NCBI GenBank assembly: GCA_965645245.1
Contig: OZ287080.1
Location: 620,001 to 684,000 of the forward strand
Source: Massalongia carnosa
Lineage: Eukaryota
Length of the DNA stretch: 64,000 nucleotides
Direction of reading: 5' to 3'
Shown here: one piece after another, positions 37,526 to 49,242 of the stretch
How positions within the stretch are numbered: the stretch's first letter is position 1
How the letters are laid out: each line of letters opens with the position of its first letter
Notes under the pieces: model-generated
What the model saw: only the letters and a program-made list of their open reading frames with translations
What the model was told of the DNA's origin: nothing
Database searches by the model: none
Program-made: the position numbers and the translations under genes

Positions 37526-38742
37526 GAGACCTCAGCTGGAGAGGACTCGTTCAGCCGAGAGGTTCGCGGCTTGGTTTCTCCCTTGCGAGGGCAGATGGCC
37601 GCAAAATGTCCTGACCCCCCACAGTAGCGGCACAACCCTTCGTTCATCCGACGGGTGACTTCTGCTTGAGGTAACTTACCTTTGTGTGTGGCGGAGAGGT
37701 CCATTGGCTCGGCGGCCGGAAGGGGAGACGGGAGGCGGCGGAAGAAGGGACGGATCGGGGGAGGGCGACTCCTCCCGACAGGGGGTTATGAGGGGGGGTC
37801 CCACACCAGAAGAAGGTGGGGCGGACCGGGGGGAGCATGGCTTCCGGAGGGAAGCATTGACATTCCGTTGGCGGGTGTCTAGCCGTTGGAGGAGGGTCAC
37901 TAGTTCGTCGAGGTCCTCGGGAGTGGTTTGGGTAACCATGAGCTGCTTCAGCTCGTCACTGATGCCTTACAGCAGAGCCGAGCGCATTGCCTCCTCGTCG
38001 AAATTGGTATCCGGGGCAATACGCTGGAAGTCCGAGTGGTAGACATGGAATTCCTTGTTGGCCCGGCACAGGGACCGCAGTTCCCGCTGTGCCATGGCCT
38101 TTTTGTCCGGGTCCCCAAAGGCCCTCTCCAACATAGCCAATAACCCTGCCACATCGGGGATACTCACTTCGTTGTGAAACTTGACGTAGGGTTGCACTTG
38201 CGCCATGGCACGACCCCCTAAGCGGCTGATGGCGTACAGAAGGCCGGCTTTGGGATTCGTGAAACGGTCTTGATTCACAAAGAGCTTCAGGTTAAGCTGG
38301 GTGACCCACTCGCGCAACTCGTCCTTCTTGCCCGAGAACTTCGGGATGTCCGGCAATTTCTCTGAGCGCGCCTCGCGTTGGGCGGCGGGTTGATGATGAT
38401 GGTCACTGATCTGCTGACGGAGGCTGGCGATGGTGGCTCGAGAGGCGATGTTCTCGTTATTGGAGGTCTGCAACTGGCTACGGATATTATTATGCTCAGC
38501 TTCTAGAAAGTCATACTGATTTGATTATTCCGTTAGAAAGCCCTGAAGGGTCGCTGATCAGTTGGCGGACTGAATGGCTTGATGATACCATTCATGAGGG
38601 AATTTTTCGACCGATTGACTCCAGGCCTCAATGGATGCAACATGAGGGGCGAGAGAATTCTCGTCATCGAAGCTTGGGGGGGAAAGGCCAGGGCTTGATT
38701 CGGAACGGGCGTGGCTATCTTGGACGAGGAACTGGAAGCCAT
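37501..38742 (-). pseudogene. gag, disrupted
   Basis: ATG 38742; capsid-like EKLPDIPKFSGKKDELREW...LERAFGDPD; PMDLS and CCHC knuckle; in-frame stops (e.g. 37967) and frameshifts in C-runs. Confidence 0.88.
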
Positions 38743-38806
38743 ACTAAAGAGGTGAATGAGAAACGAGGAACGGAGCACCACCTGAACACGGGTGAGGTGT
38801 TCGTAA

Positions 38807-39293
38807 TGTGACGAGGCGGCAACGGGGGGGCCTATTCAGGTGGTTGTTGAAATAAAAGGGGCTGAGGGAGCTGCACTGAATCAATGAAAAGGCTGATATG
38901 CTGCGCTTGAAAGAAAGAGGTGGGATTATTTGCCCAAATATATACACCGAATTTGGCTGTCATGGAGTCTTTGAGAAACTTCCATCGCGTTCGTCGCAGG
39001 GACCTTGTCGTGCGATAATAGCGGAATTATAGATTCCCATAGAATGTTCCATGCAGTTGTAAGGTGAAGTCATATCGGGTAAGACAATTAACCTCGGTAT
39101 AGTGGCAAAAGCAAATAAAGCCAAGATAGTATGAAGATAGACAAGACGAACACAAGGAAGAAAGCAGAAATTGCTGCAAGAGATTTTCCATATAACTCCC
39201 GGAACCTATTTCCTTACCTGAATGCGGTTAGCTCCCCACTAAGGCTAACGCGATACCTAAAACATTTAGCGTGTCGGGAGGTATCGCTTAGCA
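38807..39293 (-). repeat. 5' LTR (487 bp)
   Basis: Same termini as the 3' LTR but with 292 bp (38843-39134) replacing a 35-bp segment. Confidence 0.88.
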
Positions 39294-39701
39294 GAATAAT
39301 CGCAAAAATAAAACAACGATATACAGACGCATGACAGACTTCTTGATAATCATACCAGAATCTCACATTTTACGCCTACTCCAGCACAAGCAGTCTCACT
39401 CACAAAAAAACGCATCAAATTACACGAAACTTTAGCCAAAGCAGAAAGCGCTTTAACAATTCAAATACGCTCAGAAAAGACATCGAAGTGTTCATGTGAC
39501 TGATCAAAACAAACCGCGAAACATGTAATCATGTTTTGCAAACTCAACGGTAACAGACATTCAATGTTACGCTTCATAAGAACACATAATTATCGACTCA
39601 TTACTGATTCATTCAGAGCGATGAAATTAATCATCGCTTGATTAATGAAGATCGACTTATTAATCCAGTTCTCACTGGTAGCATAGCATTTATATCATTG
39701 A
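39294..39701 (+). mobile_element. Tad1-like LINE ORF2 relic, right part (C-terminal Zn knuckle)
   Basis: LHETLAKAESALTIQIRSEK..KCSCD*SKQTAKHVIMFC...A*LMKIDLLIQFSLVA, matching the CxC...H...C end of fungal LINE ORF2; same strand as the left part. Confidence 0.82.
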
Positions 39702-40119
39702 CAATTAGCGATTAAATTCGTCGATTCTTTTCTTTAACTTGTCATCGGTCAACTGTTCTTTAGGAAGATCTCTCGACGGAGACTTGGAGAGTATTCGTAG
39801 AAGTATCGGATTACTTGGTTTTTCTTCCTCAAAAGGTTTTCCATGTATTATATAATCCCATAGACTTGCCCGCATGGGCTGGCCTTCGGCCGGTACCACA
39901 TCGGAATAAGAATTATCATCATCATCAATCAAAAGATGATAGAAAAGCGCTGATCAAGGAAACTAAATAGGGACCGCGTTCTGGAAATTGGGGAACTGGG
40001 AAATGTTAGGTCTCGTTTTTGCTGCACTTTCCATCATTCATCATCCCATTACGTTATCTCCACTTCATCTACCACCTCAACCTTACAACCCCCCGCCTAA
40101 CCCCGCCCCTAATCCTAAC

Positions 40120-41734
40120 CTAAAACCGATACTGCACCGGCTTCCTCAACTCCTCCGGCGACGGCGGTTCATCCAGCGGGGAAATGGGGCCGTGGTCCAT
40201 CCCTCGGGTCTGCCCACTTGTGTACTCGACCTGAGACGGCGGATTGTATTCCGGCTGAAAGGTCGCATGTTGGAAGAATTGCGAGCCGGTGCGGGGAGGA
40301 AGACCGTAGTTTTGGGGTTCGAGGGGCGCAGGCATGAGCTGTCGTTGCTGGACGTCGGCTTCGTGGTGGTCGTCGAAGGGATCTTGGTATTGGTAGGGTT
40401 GAGATTGCCGTCTTGGAGGGGGAGGGCCAGTTGGAGGGGTGAATGTAGATGGAAGGATGGGTGGAGCGGCCGATGGAGGGCTCCCCGGCACTCCGTTTAG
40501 CGCGCCTGAACTCGTAGGAGCGCTGGGCGGCGCGACAGAGGCTGTGCCAGTGGCTCTTCGAGCTTGGAGGAGTGCGCGCTGGTGACGGGAGAGGGCTGCG
40601 GAGATTTGATCGTTGGTTTCGATGAGGGTGAGGAGGGTGTCTTCGTCCGGAGGCGGGGAGTTAGAGTGGATGTAGTTTTGGATGGAGCGCGAGGCGGACT
40701 GGCATCGTTCGACGAACTCTTTGATTAACTCGTTGTCTTGAATCTCTAGCGGCGGGGTGGATTGCACGACTTGCAGGAGGAGTTTACTTGACGTTCTGGC
40801 CTCTTCAACGCGTTGGGCAAGTTCGTGCGGGGCCGGGAGACTTTGGGGTTTATGGTTGCGGGCGAAGTAGTTTTGCTGCGTGGGGTAGTTTTGTTGCGTG
40901 GGGTAGTTTTGTTGCGTGGAATAGTTTTGCTGCAGGGGGATGAAAGGCGGTGCGTTCATGGCACGCGGCATGAGTGGCTGATGTTACAAACGTTAGGCCT
41001 AGATGATGGTTTGAAGCCCATCTACACTCTCAACTTACTGCAATGCCGGCTTTCTGCTTCTCCTTTTTCCACATTTCCCTCAGGAGAGCCAGAGTTTCGT
41101 CATCAGCCTTCTGGAGCTCGAAGCTGTCAAGCGTTTCGCGCAGGATCTGCTGCACGCTCATGTCCCTGCCGTCGCGGAGGAGCTCTTTGACCGTGGCGAC
41201 GAACTTAGCGTCGAGGTTTCTGGTGAAGGATTTGCCTGGGTTGTCGGCCAGAATGCGCACTAGCATGATAGCATTGTACTGGACGTAGGCTCGCGGGAAG
41301 TTTTCCTTGGCGAGGAACTTGCGTATTCGATTTGCAGCTTCTCGAGCGGCTGCAGGACTCGATTCGGCCGAATCAACGATCACGGGGAGGTGGAGAACTT
41401 CTTCACCCTCCGGAGAATGAGCATGGGCAAGGCGCAAAGCAACCGTAGGGTAGGGTTGTGCATACCGAGTTATTTGGGCCCCCGGACTCGCAGAAAAGCC
41501 TCTGTTTTTCGTATCAGCCGAGTCATTCAACTGAATGGTGTGAGCTTAAGGACTGACCACGCCGCGAGCGACGCTGGCTTCTGGCGAATCTTCATGGTTG
41601 ACCTCGTTTGATTCTTGACCTGAGGGGAATCAGTAAAATCACCGCTGTTCAACATACTCTTGGGAGGGCAGGCTCGAATACATGGTAGAGGACTTACTTC
41701 CACGCCGATGAATTGATCCAAATAACCGTTTCAT
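40120..41734 (-). CDS. VHS-like + GAT domain endocytic adaptor (Lsb5/TOM1-like), 453 aa
   Basis: Exons 41734-41698, 41619-41558, 41501-41466, 41407-41039, 40977-40120 are frame-consistent. VQYNAIMLVRILADNPG (VHS-like); NELIKEFVERCQSASRSIQNYI...LIETNDQIS (GAT); Pro-rich tail with DPF. Confidence 0.87.
40867..40932. repeat. 18-bp coding minisatellite, about 3.7 units of QQNY(P/S)T
   Basis: gtagttttg(c/t)tgcgtggg repeated in the VHS-GAT linker. Confidence 0.9.
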
Positions 41735-44576
41735 TATCTCTGTAGTCGATGGTATGGTAAATGGATTAAGTGCTTGCTTGGTAGGGAATTCCTGCCGCCT
41801 TATTTGGCGCCTATTTCGCGGTTGCGCCAAGTCAGGGCTGACGTACTCCTTTCCGGTCTACTTGTAGATTTTCTTGACTACATCTAAATTTCTCCACCTT
41901 TGAAGTTTCTACTCAGCGATTTGGATTTTCTTCTTCTTTTAGTCATTACCGCTTTTTGCTCTCCTTGCTCTCTTTCTCATCAATCAGTCAATCAATCCAG
42001 ACCCTTCCTCGGTACAAGACCCCCTGGGCTATAAAACCCTATTCAAAACTGTCTTTTTTTTTGACGTTGAGGGAAGTGTGCTATAGCATCAGGTTCGGAC
42101 AAGGTTCGACAAGGTACTTCAAATTCTCAATAATCACCATCGAAAGTGAAGTATATTTCCCGTACGCAATGCTGCTCCACAACACTCCATGGTTGCAAAA
42201 ATTGGCCATCTGGAAAGACATTCCCAGCACCGACTCAAAAAAACTCGTCTCGTCCCTTTTTGGCAGGACTTTTTGGGGGAAAGGGGCTTGGGTGGGTTCA
42301 TGTGCAGAGCATTATATGTTTTTTTGATTAGCCTTGACTGTTTTGTACGGCGAACTTTCGATTGAAAGAATTGTGTGCAGTAATTGCATGCTTCGCATAC
42401 ACAGTTATCCATTTAACTAATTTATGAAGGCTCTGTGATGACAAATTCATGCCCTGGTCGCCGCTAGCAATGACAGAAAAGAAAGCACAGCATAAAAAAG
42501 GGGAATTGCGTAGGATCTGTCCGTCTCAGTTGTCTTCAAATCAATGCTGCCTTGTACGTAATCAAGTGACTCCGCCTACATAGCTCCCAAAGACGCAGTC
42601 CCGCACCTCCAGCGCAGTCTACAGGCTACGTGTGGTTCAATGAGGAGGTCAATTGCGAGAATACAGGTATGATGTTCAAATCGATGGCATTTCTGTCTCC
42701 CCTTCCTGCCAAAGTATTAGCAGGCATCATATTATAGTAAATTTATAACTTACCATCACCATGACGAAATTAAACCTCGCCGCGGGGTTCAGTTGAGCCG
42801 GCAAGGTAAAAAAACGGATTTTGTAGGCGCAAGCTCATTTCGCGTGTCTTTTCACGAACGGCCAAGAAACCAAGCGCTTGATTCTCTTCAAGCAAGCCAA
42901 TCCGTCGAGAGTACTGGTCAACCAGATAGCCGACATAGAGGCCTTTCCATTTTAGGTGACCGTGCTCAAGAGTGAACTCGGTCTCGGTGTCCAGCTGCGC
43001 AGAAGACCCGAACAAGGGCTTTGCAAAGCCAAAGGGCCGGGGGGGGTCTCGAGTTGTTGATAGAGGGGCTAGTTATAATGATAAAGCTGAAGGCGAGGGT
43101 GTCCGTGGAAGAAGACTTTTCCTTCATGTGGGACCGTTACACGGCTCTCGCAAGTATGAGCCTGAAGATTGCAACCAGCATCATTCTAGACTCTGTCGAT
43201 GGACCTGCTCGTTGCATGGTTTCCTCGGATGATGAAAGGTTAAAATAAACAAGTCATGTATGTATAACGATTTTCTATGTTGAATTTATGTACCACAGCC
43301 GATTCTAGTCACCTCGGCATGAGTTTGCATCGGATTGCCCCCAACCTCGACAAAGGAAAACCATACGGAATAGAGAAACCTAAAGAAATCTAGATACTCG
43401 TATCTATATCCAGCTTCTACTTCCTTCTGTTTTCAAAATTATTCCCTCCCTTCTCACCTTGCTGTTGTTCTCTCTTCTGGCTCCTCTTTCGCCTACCTTC
43501 TCCTTTCCCCTTTCTTTCCTTTTCCCAATGTGTCTCTACCTAGATATTTTATCTCTTTGGCATTATTCATAGCTTCACCTAAGCAAGACGCAGGTCGCAT
43601 ACTTTATGACATCACACCTGCCACCTTTAGTAGTGTTAAACAGTTATGCCCAAGAACTACCCCCCCCCCGGGACCACCTATCCACCTATCTACCTACCCA
43701 TCACTCCCCATGCATAGGTATATATCAACCATCCAATAAACAAAACCCAAAAAATTTAAATAGAGAACGGCTGATCATTTACCCAGGTTTCGCGTATGCC
43801 CCATATTTAGGTAGATTACCGATCGACAGGATAGGTATATGAATGTAAACCGTTAAGTTCACTCTCCTCCCGCACATCTTTCTTTCCCGTTCCGTTGGTT
43901 GGTTTGGGTCTTGTTGAAAGGAGGATCTGACAGACGAGCTCAATCAAATCAATCAATCAATCAATCTCCACACATAGACAGGTTACACGACAACCAGGAA
44001 ACGAGAATTACGTTCGCCAAAGGGAAATTGAACAAGCTTGGTTACTGAATGATCGGATCTGTTCTAGTGTTTTTTTTGGGGGGGAAAGAAGAAAGCAAGC
44101 AAGAAAGATGGAAAGAAAGAAAGAAAAACAACCGAATGACAGAAAAAGGCAAATAGATTGGATTGATTGGTTGATCAAAACCCGCTACAAAACAAAAAAA
44201 TCCAAAAAAAGCCCGACTCTCATCTCATGCTGTGTACATAATAATGTATGCATCAATTAGCCAAATTTGCCAGTTCAACTAGACAGATCCTCCGCTCGCT
44301 CTCACCATTCCTCTTCCACCAACCTCCCCCCCCTCCATCTCTACCAACAACCGTTCTAGTTCCCTCACATGAAAAAGTCTCCTTGATTTACCCAATCTAT
44401 CTATCCGTTGCCGACCCTCGTCCTCGTCCTAGGTATTTAGAATCGATTCCTACCGGCCCCACTAGCTCGCTAGCTAAACAAGTCACTCTGAACGTGTATG
44501 CCTGGCCCCTCCTGGGAATGAAACGCTCGCGAATGCCGCTGATGGGTCGAAATAGACGTGGGAGGAGGATGGGGCG

Positions 44577-46307
44577 TCAGTCGGACTCGGGAATCACCCC
44601 GTCCGGTTCGTCGGCCGTGGGTATCGCCTGTTGGCGGGGACCGGGGGGTTCCGGTGGTGGTGGGGGGGGAGGGGCAGCGGATGAACTCGCCGGAGGGTTT
44701 GCTGAGGCTGCGACGAAGGAGGAGGATGAAAGCGTCGGAGGCGATTCAACCACGGGCATTGCAGATGCATATTTTGGAGGATGATCACGACGGTAGTCAA
44801 CCTGGGGGGGCGGCAGGGGGGCCACGAAGTGACGGGGCGGAACCAGGTCCCGAGGCGTAGGGGGTCTCGAGAACGAGCCAAGGGAAAGGACGAGAACGAG
44901 GATGCTGAGGAGGACAATGGCCAGGTTGCGGCGATCCTGGGCGGCGAGGTAGAGGTAGTTGCGCAGGAGGGTCGGGAGCGGGATGTCGGTGCGGGACGGT
45001 CGTTGTGGATGGCTCGCGGGGGGCGGTGGAGCGGCCTGGTGCTCGGTCATTGGGGGCGAGGGATCTCCCCGGTCCTGAAGGCCATCGATGAATGGTTGCG
45101 GATCCGCGCCGTAGATCTCTCGCATGCGGGCATCGTCCATGACCGTTGGCACGACGGCCTCCTGCTCGTTTCTCGGGGGCGTCTCGGAGACATGCTGTTC
45201 CTCTTCCTGCCTTCGCGATTCCAGTTCCCGTTTCATGTCTTCGTCGATCCAGGGCGCAATCTCGACGTCCACCCGTTCCATCTCCCTCCACGCAGCACCC
45301 CACGCTCCGGACCTCATGAGCCCGTTCGCTGCATACAGCTTGAGATCCCACCGTCGGTTTCCCGCGCCGCTCCCAAACCTTCCGTCCCTGATCCGTCGGC
45401 CACAATCATCGCATATGTCCGCGTCGTCGTTATCGTCGTCGTCATCTTCCCCGTCGGAACCCATCACCTCAGCCTCTTCGTCCGCATCGAGGTGGAAATG
45501 TCCGCATTTGAGGATTCGCGGACGCTTGAGCTCCAGCGACTCCAGCAGTCGCTCTTCCAGCAGGTCGTAGTCTTCTCGTGGGTGGGGGATCAGAATCCCC
45601 CGCTCCAGCACCGTGTCCGTGGCTTTTTCTTGCAGGAGCTTCCAGTTTTCGAGAACATAAGTTGGTAGGACCGCCTGCATGATCGCTGGCGAATAGGGCA
45701 TCGAAATGGGCAGCAGGGTAACGTGGAGAAGCACTAGCGGGAATTCCTTCTTCAACTTCTTCACGGGGCTGATCTTCGAGGGCGAGCGCATGGCGCTATG
45801 ATGCGAACGGGTCGATCGGGGCGTTCCGTTGCGCGACGGGATAAAGTCATTGTATCGTGGCTGCGACGTGGAGGACGTCAGGTAGGGCGGGGGCGTCGTG
45901 TCCAGCTGAATCGCGCAGACGGAGGAGGGGTTGCGAAAGGGCGAGCGCGTCTTGAACGGCGTGTAGGGAGATGACGAATGCTGTCGCTCCGGCATGGAGG
46001 GTCGATGCTTGGATCCGGACACCAGGACGGAGATGTCATCATCGGAGTGATGGGACGTGCGCGGTGAGCTGTGGCGCGGCGAAAGGTCAAAGACGGCTTC
46101 ATCGGGATCGCTCGAGTGACGGGGAGACTCATGGTCGTTGCTGTCGAAGATGTCTTGCTCGATGCTTTCCACGTGGTGGTTGTACTGCTGCAAGGATGCG
46201 CGTGGTGACAAGAAATGGGGTGTCTGTGCGACCGCGTGTGGTTCTCGGGAGGAGCGGTGCTCTTGGAAGTCTTCCACCGACGTTGGGTCTGTTGAAGTTG
46301 GAGCCAT
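44577..46307 (-). CDS. Uncharacterised fungal protein, 576 aa, with CGH...CxxC motif and one C-terminal TM helix
   Basis: Intronless ORF; PLVLLHVTLLP, LERGILIPHPREDYDLLEERLLESLEL, ILKCGHF, ICDDCG, YAANGLMRSGAWGAAWREMERVDVEI; hydrophobic NLAIVLLSILVLVLSL. Confidence 0.87.
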   Translation of the reverse strand: MAPTSTDPTSVEDFQEHRSSREPHAVAQTPHFLSPRASLQQYNHHVESIEQDIFDSNDHESPRHSSDPDEAVFDLSPRHSSPRTSHHSDDDISVLVSGSKHRPSMPERQHSSSPYTPFKTRSPFRNPSSVCAIQLDTTPPPYLTSSTSQPRYNDFIPSRNGTPRSTRSHHSAMRSPSKISPVKKLKKEFPLVLLHVTLLPISMPYSPAIMQAVLPTYVLENWKLLQEKATDTVLERGILIPHPREDYDLLEERLLESLELKRPRILKCGHFHLDADEEAEVMGSDGEDDDDDNDDADICDDCGRRIRDGRFGSGAGNRRWDLKLYAANGLMRSGAWGAAWREMERVDVEIAPWIDEDMKRELESRRQEEEQHVSETPPRNEQEAVVPTVMDDARMREIYGADPQPFIDGLQDRGDPSPPMTEHQAAPPPPASHPQRPSRTDIPLPTLLRNYLYLAAQDRRNLAIVLLSILVLVLSLGSFSRPPTPRDLVPPRHFVAPLPPPQVDYRRDHPPKYASAMPVVESPPTLSSSSFVAASANPPASSSAAPPPPPPPEPPGPRQQAIPTADEPDGVIPESD

Positions 46308-48191
46308 GAACGGTGAGCTGATTCACTGTTGGCAGACTAAAATCAATTGCTGTTCATGAATCGTGAATATTGTACTCAATAGTCGATGGTGAAGGACACG
46401 GGGGTTTTCCCCTTACCAACACTGCAATGCCACCAAAACAAAATCCTTTGTTGATTTCATGTTGCCGGGCAACGGATTGGAGGGATCAAGATCTCTCCAA
46501 CTCCAACATCTGTCATGGTCTATCAGTTAGTTCCATCTACAGCAGGTCGTCTAAAAATCATTCCACGAAAGACATCGGATATCTGCATCTTGACAGTCTT
46601 TGGTCAGATATGTTGGAGCAAACCGTGGCTTCGCAGCTCATCAAGAAGTTTGACCGGGATATGGGAGTGGGGGATTTTCCTGCGCAACGAGCTTTCAAAA
46701 ACAATCACCCCCCCAAGTCATCCGCCTGACGATGAAGGACAAGATCCTGATCGACAAGATCCATCTCATCAAATTCCGAACTCTCTCCCCTTTCCCGGTC
46801 CCTCCTCCTTTAACTTCATCAAACCAGGATATCATCCATATGCAGAACACTCCACCTATAATAGAATCAAAAGCTACAAAGGCATTCATTCTCATCACAC
46901 CAAAGCAATCCATCAATCCATCAATCTCAACCCCACTCCAAACCATCCTTCAATATAATTGTTACTCCCAAAATAAACAAAGGCAGGGATGTTCTCTCCT
47001 ATGCCGAGTCCCTCGGCGAACAAGCCGTTCCCGAGCCTCATCTCCCATGCTAGTTGCAAGTACATGTAATGTACGTACTTTAATCACCAGATCTAGCCTA
47101 AACCCTAATCAGCTGAAAGTACCCTGTACCCACGGCACGAGCACGCTGTACTCGGTATTAATCAGCTAATCCGAACGACGCCACCAGCACGAACAAAAGC
47201 CTCCCGTTCCGCACTTTCTAGATCCGTGCCTAGGTCTACGATCGAATTTTAAAACGCAGAACTAACGTAAACTCACCCGCTCGTACATACAATACCGGCA
47301 CTTATCTTCCCAACTACTTAGCTTGTTTCCATTCCCTCATCTCGTCATCCCCTAATCCATCGTCCCGTCATCCCATGTCCCCTTTTCCCCCTATTCAGTA
47401 CACCTTCAACAGACCATGATCACAGCCACTTCTCAGCCCGCCCACCTGGATGGCCGACCTTTCCCTCGCCGGGGAGCCCCAATTTCCAAGACCGCCGAGT
47501 ACCAATGACCTCGCTTTTGACGATATGCACAGACCCCTTACAATACATACAAACCAACTAGCGGACACTTATGTAGGCTACCCGAGGAAAACCTTCATCG
47601 ACCATAACGGTACCTGTTAGGTACCGATGTACGTACCGAAGTCACCTAGTAGCCTTCCCCTTCCTCCTTGGCGATCGAGCTTGTTCTTATGTATATTTCA
47701 TTCTTCATCCCTAGTTATTTCCTAGCTTGCCTCCCCAGTACTCGATGGTGAGTACGAGAAGTTTAGCTGGAACCCGCACACGTGAATCTGCAACACTTTA
47801 TTGCTGCAACATACTTTTTCCTGAAAGAAAAGAAAAAGAAAAAAAAGAGGGAGAAAAGAGAACAAGAAGATAGTGTAAACAGGGCGTTTGTGGGCTTATA
47901 CTCTGTACGGAGTACTCTGTACGGAGTACGCCGTACCATCTACGTCTATAGAAATAGAGTTCCCCTCCACTCACACAAGCAATAGTCATCTCCACATCTC
48001 CAACATCTTCCACACTGGGGAATATACCTCCCCCCCACTCACCACCCACAGCTCCCCGCGAGGACATCCCCAAAATCACCACCCCTTTCCCTCTCTCTCT
48101 CCTACAGAGTACCTACCGTGAGCGCTAAAGTCCAACACCACGTGGGTTACCCACCTCCCCCAACCATTCCGATGATCAATCAAGCCCCCAT

Positions 48192-48269
48192 TCCCAGTCC
48201 CAGTCCCAGTCCCAGTCCCAGTCCCAGTCCCAGTCCCAGTCCCAGTCCCAGTCCCAGTCCCAGTCCCAG
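48192..48269. repeat. (TCCCAG)13 hexanucleotide repeat
   Basis: 13 perfect units. Confidence 0.97.
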
Positions 48270-49242
48270 ACTAACTCACCTAATTACTGACTAGTTAGCC
48301 AGTTAACTGTAGTTTCACCCCTCTACCCCAAAAAAGAAAAAAGAGAAAGCCCTAGTGTGTCCCTCAGTAGGCCCCCCCCAGTAAATCCCCAACCCCAACC
48401 TCAACCTCAACCTCAACTCCCCATTTCCCCCCACACTCTTTCCCCAAAAAACAAAAGACTCCACATCTACCAACATGCAATTCTAGAATTCTGGCAAGAG
48501 CTTCTAGCGTGATTGGCGTGGCGTATTTTGAATTGGTAGTATGTACTTATGTACCTAACTAATTTAAACTACGTACGTCTGTACAGAGTACCTAGTTTCG
48601 TTAGGCCAACTCCGTTCATTCATTCATTCATTCATCATCCCATCCATCACGTAGGCAAGTAGGCTAGGCAGGCTAGGCAGGTCGGTAGATGGAATAGGTA
48701 TAGTGTAACTATACAAATCCAAAGCTACATAGGTTACTCGATATGCCGTAAGTATTTCACTGACAATAATAACCACCAAAAGTCGACCTTGCAAAGAACG
48801 AGGGAAAGAACAGGGGGAAGAGCGTGGCAGGAAAATATCCATCTATCCTTCTATTCTGTCTAACTTAACCTATCGATTCTATCATGAATGCCCCTCCCTT
48901 CTCCTCCTCTTCCCTCCCCTCCTGGCCGGCCTGCCTGCCTACTATCTTCCCCTAACCCCCAAAAAACCAAAAACACAACCAAAATCCAATCACGAGCGAA
49001 ACGCTGGGTGAGCCATGGGTTTTCGCATCGGTGAGCTGGAGGTCTACTTTCCTGATCGGGTTCTAGCGTTCCCTGTACGTAAACCGAAATCGCAAGGTGA
49101 ACGGACCGGACGGAAAATTGAGCGCACAAGAGGGGGACCCAAGCACAAAAAGCCATTCCCCCAGGCCTATATTTTTATACACAACTGTTCTTCCCTTCCA
49201 TCATACACAAGTCTCCTTCCCAAAGCACAGAACTCCATCCAA

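Larger units (their letters stand above)
33168..39293 (-). mobile_element. Ty3/Gypsy chromovirus-type LTR retrotransposon, degenerate, nested in the LINE
   Basis: TG...CA LTRs at both ends; domain order gag (CCHC CRYCGGSGHFAAIC), protease (LIDCGAS), RT (YIDD), RNase H (VEVDASD), integrase (ISMDF...HPETDGQTE, GPF), chromodomain. Confidence 0.96.

Noticed and set aside
41956..43250. Several 60-120 aa ORFs upstream of the GAT gene
   Set aside because: No motifs and no coherent splicing; cannot be distinguished from intergenic noise.
44781..45668. 295-aa plus-strand ORF
   Set aside because: Antisense to a GC-rich real CDS.
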